Notes: generated from the letters alone by a model not told the origin. 64,000 bases of DNA from a bacterium (GCA_963662285.2 CAXXMV010000006.1:832001-896000), one strand, 5' to 3'; shown: positions 1-12,180, counted from the stretch's first letter. Translations and numbers: made by a program.

Positions 1-1
1 G

Positions 2-814
2 GTTTATGGACTGGCGGGTGACAATGGGGCGGGGAAAACCACTACCATAAAAATGATGCTGGGTATGTTGCGGGCTAATTCCGGTTCGATTCGGGTGTTG
101 GGATTTGATCCTTGGGATAACGGGGTGGAACTGAAAAAAAATATCGGTTACGTCTCAGAGAACCGCGAACTATATGACTGGATGACGGTAACAGAGATTA
201 TCTGGTTCAACTCACAATTCTATGAAACGTGGGATGAGACTTTGGCTGCGGAGACGTTGAAGAGCATGGAACTTGATCCTAAAAAGAAAATCAAGCAACT
301 ATCGCGTGGTATGAGGGCCAAAGTCTGTTTGATGCTGGCTTTGAGCCACCGCCCCGACCTTTTGATTCTGGATGAAGCGTCTTCCGGCCTTGATCCATTG
401 GTGCGCCGTGAAATTTTGGAGCACATTATAACTTTGATCCAAAGTGAAGGACGCACTGTCTTTTTCTCATCGCACCAGATTGATGAAGTAGAGCGCGTGT
501 CAGACAGGGTGGGCATCTTATGCGAAGGCGACCTGCTGCGCGATGAGTCGCTGGATGATATTAAAGCAACCTCAAAAATAATCCGCGTGGCCTGGAATAG
601 CGATATGCCTGACCATACGAAATTTGAAAATGTCACCTGCATAGAAGAGTCAGGCCGGGAAAAAGCCTATTTCACCGATTCATTCAGCGATGAGTTATTG
701 CAACAATTCAAGCAACTTAACCCGGCAATGATTGATGTGCAGGATTTAAAACTGGAAGAGATCGTAGTCGAAACTATCCGGGCGCAGAAAAAACGAAGAA
801 CTGCATCGGTTTAA
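2..814 (+). CDS. ABC transporter ATP-binding protein (YtrB/CcmA-like exporter), 5' truncated by window edge
   Basis: Frame open from base 2: VYGLAGDNGAGKTTT (Walker A); LSRGM signature; LLILDE Walker B; SSH switch. Confidence 0.92.
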   Translation, partial: VYGLAGDNGAGKTTTIKMMLGMLRANSGSIRVLGFDPWDNGVELKKNIGYVSENRELYDWMTVTEIIWFNSQFYETWDETLAAETLKSMELDPKKKIKQLSRGMRAKVCLMLALSHRPDLLILDEASSGLDPLVRREILEHIITLIQSEGRTVFFSSHQIDEVERVSDRVGILCEGDLLRDESLDDIKATSKIIRVAWNSDMPDHTKFENVTCIEESGREKAYFTDSFSDELLQQFKQLNPAMIDVQDLKLEEIVVETIRAQKKRRTASV

Positions 815-860
815 GACGCGCAATGATTTTCTCATCTTGATGATATGCAGGAGAGATAAC

Positions 861-3092
861 ATGGTTGACATGCTGAAACAATTCAAAGCCATATTGTGGA
901 AACAATACCGCCAGGCGTTATCAATGATAATTGGCGCATCTGTAATTGGCGTTATCATTGCCTGGGTGTGGGCTTACAAAAATAATTATCCATTCGATGC
1001 ATTTTACGACTGGCAGGGTATACTTGGATTTATAAGTGCTTTGTTAATTATTCTTCCCATCGCCTCAGTGGAATCTGAGAAGAAGACGCTTGGTTTTCTG
1101 GCTGCAAAACCTACAAGTTCAAACAGGATATGTATATTGGAACTGATATCGGCTTACTTTTTTGCGTTTATACCACTGATCATTTCTATTCTGGTTTTTC
1201 TGTTCATGTGTAAAGTTTTACGGACTAGAGAAGAATTTATAACGCATCAATATTCTGTTATTCAACTCTTCCAGACGTATTTTTCTTACAGCGCATCTTC
1301 ATTATTCTGTTTTGGGTTGTTTTTCTTTTTTATTTCAACCTGTACTACCAACCGGATTCGCAGTTTCTCTATGGCTTTTGTCTGTTTTGTGGGAGGCGCC
1401 ATATTTCTGGAATATATGGGAAGAGCCACTCAACAATATTATTCGGGGTGGATTAAGAATCTATATACTTTAATGGTAATTTATAGTTTAAATGTAAACC
1501 CAAAAACTATTATCACTCTGTTCAGCCTATTACTTTTACCTATATCGTTTTTGGCGTTTCGTTTTCAAATGACGCGAAGTTTTTATCGGTGGAACCGATA
1601 TGCCTTGGTATTTGTTGTAATCATAATTGCCATCACTTCGGTATTCGCTATTACCATTCCCAATCGTAATATTACTTTTATAGGAGTAACTCAAAATTCT
1701 TTGGACGAACATGCTAAGCCACTGATCTACCGCATCCAGGGAAGTGAACTGGCTAAAACAGATCATATACGGCAAGACTATGCAGTGCGTCAAAACTATT
1801 ACATATCAGTTGAGGGAGATAACAGTCGAGGCGCCTACAAACCGGATGATCAACGATTTGTAAGTTTATCAATTAAAAAATTGCATGTAACTAATGAACC
1901 CGAAATAATCTTTGATAAAAGCATCATCGATTGTTTTGGCGAAGACATTATAAAAAAACATAACCTGGATATTGAAAATTCTGTTTTTAGTAACCGTGAT
2001 GATTGGCATATCCATGTTGCTGGCGACAGAGGCGCTTTATTTGGCCGAATGCGTTATCGCCCCAAAGGCTTACCATATGATGACGACGGAAACCCTATTG
2101 AACAAAAGGCGCCGCCTAACAGCGAATGGCTGTTCGCAGGTAGTTTTTCGCTGGAGGATAAACCGGTATTCACGCCTCTTAAAAAACTTACATTAAATAT
2201 ACATGGCGTTAATGGTAAAGAAACCCGTATTATCAATTGCGTTGAACCTGGTTTATTTCCTTATCAGGAGCTTAATATCACTAAAACAATATTAAGCGAA
2301 TATAAAAGACGCAATAAAAGCGCTGAAAAAGAAGTTGATAAGATATACCTGGAAGATGCTAACATGATAGTCTCTGCCTTTTCCATATACAACTTTTCGA
2401 ACTCATCAAAAGAAAAGTTTCTGGATCAATATAATGAGACGCGTTTATATCGTATCGACTATGAGAGAGACCGAACTGAATATCTCTGGCCTATTATTAC
2501 ATGTTATGATTTTTCAAAGCCGGATAATATAATCATGTCATGCGGTATTGAATATAAAGAAACTTTACCGACAATACGCCTTCGGTTGAACTATTACAGC
2601 CCATACGCCAGCCCTGATTATTTCGCTATTGATGATGATAAATTGTACTATGTATTTCCTGTTGATGATGGTGATATGCTAGTGGTTTCCGATATATCTG
2701 ATCCTACTAACATACGGGAAATTGTGCGGCGTAAAATTCACAAATCATTATTTCCAAATAACTGGAGAATGATAGACCATAATTTCAAACTCAAAATCAA
2801 CAATGGTAAACTGATCATAAGTAATATATTGGGCGTTTATATTTATGAAATACAAACCGATTATTCGCTCAAGCCATTGGCGCGCAAGACTCATTTACTG
2901 CGATACAACCGTATTGAAGATACGCAATTAAAGAATGATATACTGACGGTCTATGGCAGCGAAAACTCTATCACCCAATATACGCTAGACTCTAGCGTAT
3001 ATAAGTTTGAACCATCTAACCATAAATATTTCAAAATTGACGGCGATGGAAGATTTACTCTTCCATCTAAGAGTGAATTTTTTATCCCATAA
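861..3092 (+). CDS. ABC-2 type permease with large C-terminal soluble domain
   Basis: About 7 hydrophobic segments, ESEKKTLGFLAAKP motif typical of ABC-2 permeases, then ~470 hydrophilic aa; GGAG before ATG 861. Confidence 0.65.
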   Translation: MVDMLKQFKAILWKQYRQALSMIIGASVIGVIIAWVWAYKNNYPFDAFYDWQGILGFISALLIILPIASVESEKKTLGFLAAKPTSSNRICILELISAYFFAFIPLIISILVFLFMCKVLRTREEFITHQYSVIQLFQTYFSYSASSLFCFGLFFFFISTCTTNRIRSFSMAFVCFVGGAIFLEYMGRATQQYYSGWIKNLYTLMVIYSLNVNPKTIITLFSLLLLPISFLAFRFQMTRSFYRWNRYALVFVVIIIAITSVFAITIPNRNITFIGVTQNSLDEHAKPLIYRIQGSELAKTDHIRQDYAVRQNYYISVEGDNSRGAYKPDDQRFVSLSIKKLHVTNEPEIIFDKSIIDCFGEDIIKKHNLDIENSVFSNRDDWHIHVAGDRGALFGRMRYRPKGLPYDDDGNPIEQKAPPNSEWLFAGSFSLEDKPVFTPLKKLTLNIHGVNGKETRIINCVEPGLFPYQELNITKTILSEYKRRNKSAEKEVDKIYLEDANMIVSAFSIYNFSNSSKEKFLDQYNETRLYRIDYERDRTEYLWPIITCYDFSKPDNIIMSCGIEYKETLPTIRLRLNYYSPYASPDYFAIDDDKLYYVFPVDDGDMLVVSDISDPTNIREIVRRKIHKSLFPNNWRMIDHNFKLKINNGKLIISNILGVYIYEIQTDYSLKPLARKTHLLRYNRIEDTQLKNDILTVYGSENSITQYTLDSSVYKFEPSNHKYFKIDGDGRFTLPSKSEFFIP

Positions 3093-3204
3093 TTGAACAC
3101 AGGGGATTGGCTCTGAGTGAACTATATAACAATTAAGTGAATGTGAATTAACTTGATAACCGGATCATTCCACGGATTCTATCAAGAATGCTAGGAGAAT
3201 CATC

Positions 3205-3906
3205 ATGGAACTGACGCGCCAACTCGCCGTCGCCTGGAAAGAAATCAAACAACTTAAGTTAGTTTATATATTATTCGTACTGCTAACAATTCTGAATGTA
3301 TATGTCATATTGGAAGGATCATCAAAATCAGATATAGATAGAATCCAGAGAGCATTTTATCAAATGCTGTTTTTTTACGCCCCGATTATCGCTTTCTTAC
3401 TGGGAGCAGGCAACCGTATCAATGAAGCATCAGGTAATTTGGAGTCATTTCTGATATACCGCCCGATTCGCCGATTTTCGATTGTAACAGTTTATTATTT
3501 ACAAGGCGTATTCGGATGGTTTGCGTGGTTGACATTGTATCTTCTTATGCAAGCGGCGATGTATGGAATTGATATCATCCGGCCAGCGACATATATTTCG
3601 CAGGGCCATACAGTTTCGCTTATTCCATTAACAAGTTTTGTGAATTTTACTCTCCTATACCTATCTGTCTATACAGCAACCTTCAGCATAGGTTTGCTGG
3701 CGCCCCATTACGTCTATTGCGGCTTCACATGCGCTGGATACTATATAGCCGCAGTGTTACTCATAACCTCAGATTACTGCATGGATCAAAACATGGGCGA
3801 TCAATTATATTGGGCGGTCTATGCGGCGCTGATTGCGTCATTGCCGATCATTCTGATTCCGACCTATTCAATCTACAAGCGCATCCAAATCGGCGGTCGG
3901 TCATAA
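3205..3906 (+). CDS. ABC-2 type permease subunit
   Basis: AWKEIKQ start, EASGNLESFLIYRPI motif, ~6 TM segments, AGGAG RBS. Confidence 0.7.
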   Translation: MELTRQLAVAWKEIKQLKLVYILFVLLTILNVYVILEGSSKSDIDRIQRAFYQMLFFYAPIIAFLLGAGNRINEASGNLESFLIYRPIRRFSIVTVYYLQGVFGWFAWLTLYLLMQAAMYGIDIIRPATYISQGHTVSLIPLTSFVNFTLLYLSVYTATFSIGLLAPHYVYCGFTCAGYYIAAVLLITSDYCMDQNMGDQLYWAVYAALIASLPIILIPTYSIYKRIQIGGRS

Positions 3907-4040
3907 TAATCAAAAATTTTTTCCCCAATCTAATTTAGAAATCCGCTGCAAACCATTGTTTCTTGTTCCTTAAAGGGATAAAATAAATAAAGATTTGCAT
4001 AGGATTGAATTTTAATATCTTATTCAAACCAATCATTTAT

Positions 4041-4117
4041 GCGCCTGTGGCTCAGCTGGATAGAGCACATGATTCCGGTTCATGGGGTCGGAGGTTCGAA
4101 TCCTCTCAGGCGTACCA
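4041..4117 (+). tRNA. tRNA-Arg(CCG)
   Basis: GCGCCTG/CAGGCGT acceptor stem, CATGA-TTCCGGT-TCATG anticodon arm, GGTTCGAATCC T arm, encoded CCA. Confidence 0.97.
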
Positions 4118-4301
4118 CTTAAACCCCTTAAATAACTGGACTTAATATTAAAATATAGCCTCGATATATATGGAATCCCCGGAAAATCAGAAAATGTTTA
4201 CTTTTTTGTTTGTATGAAACTCTATAAGCAAAAGAACCGAGCGTCTGGGTGTCAGAATCTGTTATATCAAAAATAACGTTTCTGTTTGCAAGAAAAAATG
4301 C

Positions 4302-4330
4302 TTGACATCAAAAATCAATCATGAAATAAT
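4302..4330 (+). promoter_or_regulatory. sigma70-type promoter for the large protease gene
   Basis: TTGACA-N17-AATAAT with TG extended -10. Confidence 0.6.
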
Positions 4331-4460
4331 TTGTAACGTATTAATAAAGTGAATATTATTTCGCAGTTTATAATGGGATTTCCGATTGCAATGTTGTTTT
4401 TTTGAACTGGTTATTTCACCTTTGTTTCCACACCTCAATTCCATCTTTATAAGAAAGAAA

Positions 4461-7400
4461 ATGCAAATGAATATTTCAAAAACCATTAAATGTGCGGCGC
4501 CTAGAATTGGAATTTACGTTGTATCTAGTTTTTTGGTATTAGGTTTCTTATTTTTCTTTTCATTTTCCAATCCGTCATTTGTTTATGCGGAAATGGAAAT
4601 ACAGGAATTGAATTTGTTCATCGCCAGCGATGAGGTTTTGACTGAACCATTACCGGTTACTCAGAATAAACCTATTCTTCGATCCCGAATGGTGATGCTC
4701 AATACTGACTTGCTTAAGGAAGTATGTAAAGAAGACCAAATCCCGATCTTTTTTAACCTCTTCACTGATGTTGCGCTCGAGGGGATTGTTAATGATAAAG
4801 TGATCCGTTCAGCCAGGAATTATACGTTGTTTGGATCTATTGATGATGATCCTAATAGTTATTTTGCAATCACCATGCATGAAGGAATTGTTTCCGGAGG
4901 GATTAGAACTGGAGACAATCAACATTATGAAATCGATTACGCGGGCGGTTCTCTTTATCAGCTCTGTGAAATCGATGAAGCGGAATATTCCAAACAATTA
5001 AGCATTCAAGACGTTCAATCACACCAGAAATTAAAGCAACGAGAATTATCCCAGGCGAAAGTACTTTCTCAAGCAAATAGTGATGAAGGAAACTTAGATA
5101 TTGCCAGTGATGAAGGAAGCACCGTCGATATTATGATAATGTACACGCCTCTCGCCCGAAGCAAAGCGGGTAGCGACGAAGCTATGGGCGCCGCGATTGA
5201 CCGGGCAATTGATGAAATGAATTTGTGTTTCAAAAACAGCGCTATCTCTACCCGGTTGCGTTTGGTCCATTATATGGAAATCCCGTTTACTGAACATCGT
5301 GATATCGACGGAAATTGGGAAGATCATGATGACCGGTGGATGATGGAAAATTCAATTGAGACTATTTTATATCGTGACCAATACAAGGCTGATCTTGTCT
5401 GTTTTTTTACGCAAGGGATAGGATCGGGAGTGCGAAATTGGCCATTTTCACTTGTGGGCTGGCATTCGGCAACTAGTGGAGGTTTCTTGTTTGCGCATGA
5501 AGTCGGCCATAATTTCGGGGGGCATCACGCAGTTGGCGATTCAGGGAATGGATCATGTCCGGGACTAGACCGGACGGATGGTGGAACATGCCCCTCTTAT
5601 GGGCATGGGTGGAACATATATGTGGGCGGACAGCGCTATACCACTGTAATGGCGTATCACCAAACCATGTGTAATCAACCTGGAACAGGTATTAAAATTC
5701 CTTACTATTCTAACCCGAACGTGATGTATAAAGGCGCCCCGACAGGTAATCCTATAGGACATCCAGACGAATCATTTGTTGCGAAAGTTATTGAAGACAA
5801 TTCTTATAATATGGTGAAATGGAAGGATTCGATTCCCAATCCCGGCGCCCCGCAAAATGTTCAGGCCACCAATGGTACGGATGATAAAGTTACAATTACG
5901 TGGAATCCGGTTGCGGATGCAACTCATTATCGCGTTTATATGGTGGAGAGTTTGACTGATATTCCCGAAGCCATCAGTCCATGGCAGGAAGCATTACGGT
6001 TTGAATATCAGGATATGGAATCGAATAAACCGTTCTATTTTTATGTCAAAGCGGCCAAAAGCCCGGTGGGGACGATTCCCAGTGATTTCAGCGCCCCGCC
6101 AGTTCAAGGAAAGCGCATATTAGCCTCGCCCCAAGAATTAAATGCCACTGATGGAGATTATTCGGATTCGGTTATCATTAATTGGAAGGCCTCGCCATAC
6201 GCCACGCATTACCGGCTCTATCGCTCGACTCAACAAGATGGAATTAAAGAACCGATAACAGATTGGATCAGGAGGCTGAGTTTTATAGATTGGGATGTGG
6301 AACCACATCAGCCCTATTATTATTGGGTGCAATCAGCCCTAGATGAAGAAGGTAATTTTGCCAGCCGTTACAGCGATGAAGAAAGTGGCTGGGCGACAAT
6401 AGCGCTTTCATCAGTAAGCGCGACGGATGGAGATTATTCAGACCGGATCAAAATAACCTGGAACAAAGTTAAAGGCGCATCCTATTATCAATTATATCGC
6501 GCTGAAAGCGAAGATGGCGCCAAGAATCCCATCAGTGAATGGCAACAAGGGAATACTTTTGATGACTTATCAGCCGCGCCCGGAAAACAATATTATTATT
6601 GGGTAAGCGCATCTAATAATAGTTCCGGATTTGATGCAACCGGATATAGCACCCCTAATACCGGTTGGAGGAATTTTGCAAAGCCATCCGGAATTAAGGT
6701 CAGTGAGGGAACCTATCCCGATAAAGTTGTTATCTCATGGAATGCCGTTCCAGGTAATCCCGCATACCGGATTTATATGTCAGAAAATTCAACTGGAGCG
6801 ATGGATGTCATAGAGTCCGGATGGATGGAAGGTACTGAATATGAGTATTCTGGCTCTATGCCTGCTGGTTATACATTTTATTTCGCTGTATCCGCTGTTA
6901 CCGATAAAAATGCAACCAGTGAAAGCGAGTTAAGCAACCGGGCATCCGGGTGGAGATATGTACCTCCACCTACCAATGTACAAGCAAGCGATGGCGCTTA
7001 TACAGACCAGATTCATATAACATGGAACGCAGCGTCAAGCGGTTCGATCTATTACAAACTTTTCCGGGCTGATAAAGCCAATGGAACGAAATATGCAATT
7101 ACCTCCTGGATTAGTAACCGTTACTATTTTGACCGTGGTCTTGATCCAAGCGAAAGTTATTATTATTACGTGAAAGCGGCGATTGATTCCAGTGGAACCC
7201 GCGCCAGCGACTATAGCCGGGGCAACGGCGGATCAACAGGACTTACGCCGCCAGAAAATGTCAATGCTACAAAAGGTACGGATACAAGCAAAGTCGCAAT
7301 TTCCTGGACCAGACTTTCCGGCACGCATTATTACCGTGTTTACCGGGCGGATGATATTGATGGAGAACGTACGCCTATAAACGACTGGACAGCGCAAATC

Positions 7401-10394
7401 TTACGATATGAAGATTTAAATGTCCGGGCGGGAGATATCCATTACTATTGGGTTAAAGTGGCGGCCAATAGAAATGGTCTCAATGAGAGTGCATTTAGCG
7501 AAATGAGCGTTGGATATAGGTATCTTCCCCCTCCTGAAAATATACAGGCTTCCGTTGGAGTTTACGAAGGTCTTGTAATTATTACTTGGGATGAACTTCC
7601 CGAAGCGACTCATTATATGGTGTTTCGTACTGATGAGCCTAATGGAAGCCGTAAAAGCATATCCGGCTGGCAAACAGAAACCACATTCAGAGACAAAGAT
7701 ACCATCCCGGGCCATACGTATTATTACACCGTAAAAGCAGCTGGCAGTGAAACCGGCGCCGGATTAAGCAGCCATAGCCAAAGCAATGGTGGATTCAGCC
7801 GGATGCCTCCTCCAGACCCAATAATGGCTTCTGATGGAACTTACGCCGATAAAATTCGGATTTCCTGGCAGAGTGTGGAAAACGCGCAATATTTCCAAGT
7901 TTTCCGAACGGAAGATCCAGATAACAATGAATTGAACCCCTTAAACGAATTCGAGAGAATCACAAGGTTTGACGATATGACGGCGGAACCAGGAAAGATT
8001 TATTATTACTCCGTTGCCGGCGCCAGAAGTCAAAGTGGCTATGGTGATACAAATATCAGTCAATCAAATTCTGGTTTCATATCTCCAACCGTTCCACAAC
8101 GGCCGGTAGTCAGCAATTCGGAGTATGGAGACAAAATTGTAGTCAGCTGGCCTGCAATCGCTGAAGGCGTCTATTACCGCGTCTACCGCAAAGATTCTCC
8201 TAGTGGAGAATTGGCGGCAATTGGAAACTGGCAGTTAGAAACATTGTATGAAGATACAGAAGTATTGGCTGGACCGACATACTATTACGCAATCCAGGCG
8301 GGGAGCAATGAAAACGGAGATCGTCCCAGCGATATCGGCGTAGCTTATGGAGGTTCCCGCAAGATGCCGCCGCCCTCCAATTTATATGTCGCGCATGGCG
8401 CTGATCCCAATGAAATCCTGATTACGTGGCAGAAAGTGGAGAATGCGGTTTATTACCAACTGTTCCGGTCAGACTCGTTGGAGGCGGAAAAAATTCCGGT
8501 TACTGGATGGCAGCGAGGAACTATTTTCAGAGATCAAAATGTTGAACCATTGAAAATCTATTATTACTGGGTGAAGGCATCGCGTAGTTTTTCCGGATAT
8601 AAAGATACTGATCTGACCGCGCCAGAAGAAGGCTGGCTGCAACCACCCGCTCCAACCAATGTGGTTGTCTCCAATGGAGAACATCTTGATAAAGTTAATG
8701 TGCAGTGGGATTCCACAGTCACCAATGGCTTCTATAGCGTTTCCCGGTCAGAAGCGATTGATGGAGAGAAGATGCTGTTAGGAAATTGGAAACCAACCTT
8801 ATCGTTTGATGATAAAGAAGCAGTCCCTGGAAAAACCTATTATTATTGGGTGCAAACTTCCTTGCGTGAGGATGGAGATGGTCCCAGTGACTTCAGTGAT
8901 CCGGTTACAGGTTGGAAAAAGATGCCCGCTCCTGAAATTCCATCGCAACCCAACCCTGCGAATAATAGCCATGACATCGATGTTTCTGTAAATCTGGATT
9001 GGAATGATAGCCAATGGGCGGAACGTTATTATGTGCAGTTATGGGAAAGCACGGAAACAGAAGGCGCCCTCAGAATTTTCTCTCAATTACCTGATGATCC
9101 AACTTTCAATTATCTAACCGAAAGTATAGTGATAATGCCTTATGATCTTAAATATGACACAGAATATTCATGGCAGGTGACCGCAGAAAACCAGAGTGAA
9201 ATAATCAAAGGACCGGTTTGGTCATTTACGACGATATCCAAAATCGATCCAACTGCTACTAATACGCCGGTATCCGCTAATATGCCGACGGCGACCAATA
9301 CGCCAGTGGCGACCAACACGCCAACCGCAACCTATACGCCAAATAATCTACCGACGCTTTATCCAAAACCCACGAATACTCCAGCTGATATTCCCACGGT
9401 CTATCCCAGACCAACGGATACGCCGACGCCAACGTTAACTCCTACTATTGCTGATCCAACCAGCACTCCGGTTCTGCAGAATCCTACGCCAACGCCTATC
9501 TCCTCAGATGAGATCATCGAACTGCTGGTTAATTCACCAGAGCCTTATCTTGGCCATATTTCATCGGTGAGCGGCGCTGATGAAGATGGAGATGAAGATT
9601 GGTATCAATTCCGTCCCTATACGACCGGCATTCATATTATTGAAACGCATCCGGTTTCCGGCCAGGATTCAATGCACACGATCCTTTATCTATACGGTCC
9701 CAATGACCGGACCAGTTTGATCTCGTTTGACTATACAAGCGGTTATGGCGCGTTTTCCAGAATATCCCATGTTTTAGATGAAGGCCAAACCTATTACATC
9801 ATGGTGATCGAAGAGGGCCGGGATGCTACAGGACATTATGCAATTGACGTGATCACCAGTATAGATATCCCTACACCCGTTCCTGTGGAACCGTCTCCTA
9901 CACCGAATTTAACAGGCGATTGCGTGGAGGCCAGTGATTTTTATATTTCAGAGGCTACAGGATTGTTGCAGGTGAATTTAGGTTCTGTAGAAATAACGGG
10001 AGCAATGATGGCGGATGGAAATCAAACGCCATTGCATATAATCCCGTCCGATGAGCCGGAACGCCTGCATATCGAAATCCCGTGGTCGGAACCACCAATG
10101 GAGCCTGCCACGATTCTATTTTCTATTGATACCTGTGGAGGCAATGCGCCTCAACAGGTTCACTTGTACTTGCATTATGAAAAACCGATTCGGATTTCAA
10201 CTCTGAATGATTTAATGATTGTTGCTTCTACAGAGGAGTATTCTCCACCAGAATCTGGTCAAATACAGCCCATTATTCTCAAAGATCCCGCCGGGATTCG
10301 TTTGATAAAATTGGAAAACTCAAAAATCATTATCCAAAAAATCTGTTGGCAATGCCAAGCCGAAACCGGTGTCGAAATGTGGAGTAATTATTAA
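4461..10394 (+). CDS. Large secreted M12/reprolysin-like zinc metalloprotease with FN3 array, Pro/Thr linker and PPC-like domain
   Basis: Signal-like N-terminus ending VYA; [11 protein letters not shown] zinc motif and TTVMAY Met-turn; 11 tandem ~95-aa FN3-like repeats plus one variant; PTATNTP linker; start chosen at ATG 4461. Confidence 0.85.
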   Translation: MQMNISKTIKCAAPRIGIYVVSSFLVLGFLFFFSFSNPSFVYAEMEIQELNLFIASDEVLTEPLPVTQNKPILRSRMVMLNTDLLKEVCKEDQIPIFFNLFTDVALEGIVNDKVIRSARNYTLFGSIDDDPNSYFAITMHEGIVSGGIRTGDNQHYEIDYAGGSLYQLCEIDEAEYSKQLSIQDVQSHQKLKQRELSQAKVLSQANSDEGNLDIASDEGSTVDIMIMYTPLARSKAGSDEAMGAAIDRAIDEMNLCFKNSAISTRLRLVHYMEIPFTEHRDIDGNWEDHDDRWMMENSIETILYRDQYKADLVCFFTQGIGSGVRNWPFSLVGWHSATSGGFLFAHEVGHNFGGHHAVGDSGNGSCPGLDRTDGGTCPSYGHGWNIYVGGQRYTTVMAYHQTMCNQPGTGIKIPYYSNPNVMYKGAPTGNPIGHPDESFVAKVIEDNSYNMVKWKDSIPNPGAPQNVQATNGTDDKVTITWNPVADATHYRVYMVESLTDIPEAISPWQEALRFEYQDMESNKPFYFYVKAAKSPVGTIPSDFSAPPVQGKRILASPQELNATDGDYSDSVIINWKASPYATHYRLYRSTQQDGIKEPITDWIRRLSFIDWDVEPHQPYYYWVQSALDEEGNFASRYSDEESGWATIALSSVSATDGDYSDRIKITWNKVKGASYYQLYRAESEDGAKNPISEWQQGNTFDDLSAAPGKQYYYWVSASNNSSGFDATGYSTPNTGWRNFAKPSGIKVSEGTYPDKVVISWNAVPGNPAYRIYMSENSTGAMDVIESGWMEGTEYEYSGSMPAGYTFYFAVSAVTDKNATSESELSNRASGWRYVPPPTNVQASDGAYTDQIHITWNAASSGSIYYKLFRADKANGTKYAITSWISNRYYFDRGLDPSESYYYYVKAAIDSSGTRASDYSRGNGGSTGLTPPENVNATKGTDTSKVAISWTRLSGTHYYRVYRADDIDGERTPINDWTAQILRYEDLNVRAGDIHYYWVKVAANRNGLNESAFSEMSVGYRYLPPPENIQASVGVYEGLVIITWDELPEATHYMVFRTDEPNGSRKSISGWQTETTFRDKDTIPGHTYYYTVKAAGSETGAGLSSHSQSNGGFSRMPPPDPIMASDGTYADKIRISWQSVENAQYFQVFRTEDPDNNELNPLNEFERITRFDDMTAEPGKIYYYSVAGARSQSGYGDTNISQSNSGFISPTVPQRPVVSNSEYGDKIVVSWPAIAEGVYYRVYRKDSPSGELAAIGNWQLETLYEDTEVLAGPTYYYAIQAGSNENGDRPSDIGVAYGGSRKMPPPSNLYVAHGADPNEILITWQKVENAVYYQLFRSDSLEAEKIPVTGWQRGTIFRDQNVEPLKIYYYWVKASRSFSGYKDTDLTAPEEGWLQPPAPTNVVVSNGEHLDKVNVQWDSTVTNGFYSVSRSEAIDGEKMLLGNWKPTLSFDDKEAVPGKTYYYWVQTSLREDGDGPSDFSDPVTGWKKMPAPEIPSQPNPANNSHDIDVSVNLDWNDSQWAERYYVQLWESTETEGALRIFSQLPDDPTFNYLTESIVIMPYDLKYDTEYSWQVTAENQSEIIKGPVWSFTTISKIDPTATNTPVSANMPTATNTPVATNTPTATYTPNNLPTLYPKPTNTPADIPTVYPRPTDTPTPTLTPTIADPTSTPVLQNPTPTPISSDEIIELLVNSPEPYLGHISSVSGADEDGDEDWYQFRPYTTGIHIIETHPVSGQDSMHTILYLYGPNDRTSLISFDYTSGYGAFSRISHVLDEGQTYYIMVIEEGRDATGHYAIDVITSIDIPTPVPVEPSPTPNLTGDCVEASDFYISEATGLLQVNLGSVEITGAMMADGNQTPLHIIPSDEPERLHIEIPWSEPPMEPATILFSIDTCGGNAPQQVHLYLHYEKPIRISTLNDLMIVASTEEYSPPESGQIQPIILKDPAGIRLIKLENSKIIIQKICWQCQAETGVEMWSNY

Positions 10395-10781
10395 GATATA
10401 GAGGTTAACAAATCCATTGACGCTCACACACGAAGCCTCCTGTACGCAAAATCCCAGGCTGAGCGTGATGCGGTTTCTCTTAAGATTCTCGAATTAGAGG
10501 GGCAGGATTTTGATTTATTGCCGTATATAGGTCAGGATATTGTCAAGAAGGCAAAGAAAATCACAAGCGAAGAATCCAGCATGAAGGACAGGACTGAGGC
10601 CAAGGCATGGTTGCGTGAGCGGCATATCAAGCCTAAAGACGCGCTTAGATTGTACGAAGAAGCATTGAGGGCGGAATATGCCAAAAGGAATGAAGGGGAA
10701 CAGCCGTGGAAATATAAGAACGGGAATACTACGGCTTTCAAACAAAACTTATCTCGACTTAAAAAGCGACTTGGTCTTTGA
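10395..10781 (+). pseudogene. Start-less open frame, probable 3' gene fragment
   Basis: Stop-free from directly after the protease TAA to 10781 with no clear RBS or start. Confidence 0.4.
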
Positions 10782-10982
10782 CCCCAGTGAACGAACTTGG
10801 TCAAAGGCCGTAAATGGAGTGCAGATTAGGCGGATGATTATGGTGTAAAAAACGCATTCCCAAAACAGCAACCGGAACCATAAAAACCCAAAATCCACCT
10901 TCTTCCCAGGTGCAGACCAAGTTAAACCCGCAACAACCATGAACGCAATTAGTATCCCCATGAATGATAAAAAGTTTTTCAT
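10749..10982 (-). CDS. Small hypothetical membrane protein
   Basis: AGGAGG RBS before ATG 10982; two hydrophobic segments. Confidence 0.45.
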   Translation of the reverse strand: MKNFLSFMGILIAFMVVAGLTWSAPGKKVDFGFLWFRLLFWECVFYTIIIRLICTPFTAFDQVRSLGSKTKSLFKSR

Positions 10983-11011
10983 AGCAACCCCTCCTAAAAA
11001 CAATATATCGA

Positions 11012-11109
11012 GGTGACTAATAGTCGTCAAATCTTTTTTTTAGGGTGACCATCGGGTGACCAAAAAGGTGACAGAAATAGCCGTAAATAGCCGTATTTTC
11101 GTGTCACCC
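11012..11109. repeat. Clustered GGTGAC repeats and AAATAGCCGT duplication next to the tRNA-Ala 3' end (att-like)
   Basis: GGTGAC at 11012, 11044, 11055, 11067, inverted GTCACC at 11103; AAATAGCCGT x2 at 11075-11094. Confidence 0.6.
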
Positions 11110-11116
11110 AAAAAAA

Positions 11117-11141
11117 TAACCCCTTGGATTCCAAGGGGTTA
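11117..11141 (-). terminator. Hairpin terminator after tRNA-Ala
   Basis: TAACCCCTTGG/CCAAGGGGTTA followed by a T run on the minus strand. Confidence 0.75.
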
Positions 11142-11151
11142 GGATTTTCGT

Positions 11152-11224
11152 TGGAGCTGAGGAGGATCGAACTCCTGACCTCCTGACTGCCAGTCAGGCG
11201 CTCTCCCAGCTGAGCTACAGCCCC
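11152..11224 (-). tRNA. tRNA-Ala(GGC), CCA not encoded
   Basis: Minus strand GGGGCTGTAGCTCAGCTGGGAGAGCG-CCTGA-CTGGCAG-TCAGG...GTTCGATCC...CAGCTCCA; G3:U70 pair. Confidence 0.96.
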
Positions 11225-11483
11225 GAAAACTGTTAGAATATTATCCTTTATAATCATAAAATCAAGACTTCTAGGCGTCCTAAATGGCTTTTATGTAATT
11301 TTTGGGTGAATTTGATTATTTTCTTAACGATTCGCCCCAATCAGATTTTTTTTAAGATAAATTAATATGTTGCTATTTTATAAACTTTTTATATGTTTAC
11401 TCTATTATAAAATTAGGTTATATTAGTTACGTTAACGATATCTATAACGCAGAATTTTATATTCTAACCAAGTGAGAAGACCT

Positions 11484-12017
11484 ATGAAAAAGCAAGCCTT
11501 TACTCTTATTGAATTGCTCATCGTCGTGGCCATCATTGGAATCCTGGCTGCCATTGCCGTCCCTAATTTTTTGAATGCCCAGATTAGAGCCAAGATCGGG
11601 CGGGTTGAATCGGAATTCTCAACTATACGGACCGCATTTGAAATGTACCGCATGGATCAAGGCGGCAAATTACCCGATGCATGGGCGGTTGGATGGTATG
11701 GCGCATGGAAATCTTTTACTACTCCGATCTCTTATCTGCCAACCGTGCCTATCGATATATTTCAACCTAAACAAAAAGATCAATTTGTTAATGAGCATAA
11801 TTTTTATGAATTCGTTGAAGCCTATAAAGCTAAGACGGGTACCAACAAGGATTGGGCGCTGGCCAGTTTGGGGCCGGATCATCAAGATGATACCCTATCA
11901 TTCGGCGCTTATCCTAACTCCAATAAATGGGTCTCATATTCAACCTCAAACGGCCTGATCAGCGATGGCGACCTGCTTTTTGAAACCCATCCGGGCTTGA
12001 ATCCCGTCACATGGTAA
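11484..12017 (+). CDS. GspG-like prepilin/pseudopilin (orphan)
   Basis: QA|FTLIELLIVVAIIGILAAIAVPNF type III signal with E5; SLGPD motif near the C-terminus. Confidence 0.88.
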   Translation: MKKQAFTLIELLIVVAIIGILAAIAVPNFLNAQIRAKIGRVESEFSTIRTAFEMYRMDQGGKLPDAWAVGWYGAWKSFTTPISYLPTVPIDIFQPKQKDQFVNEHNFYEFVEAYKAKTGTNKDWALASLGPDHQDDTLSFGAYPNSNKWVSYSTSNGLISDGDLLFETHPGLNPVTW

Positions 12018-12031
12018 ACCAGTGAAAATGA

Positions 12032-12066
12032 AAAATGTAGAATCTTCTTATTGGATTCTTCATTTT
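12032..12066 (+). terminator. Imperfect hairpin after pilin gene
   Basis: AAAATGTAGAATC...GATTCTTCATTTT. Confidence 0.45.
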
Positions 12067-12180
12067 TCTTGTTATAATTATTTATAAGGGATTACGCTTT
12101 CTGATCTACCAATACGAATGTCGAACTGATGACTGTTTAATTACAGCGTTATTTTGACATCAGTGTTTTCTGCTTTGGGC

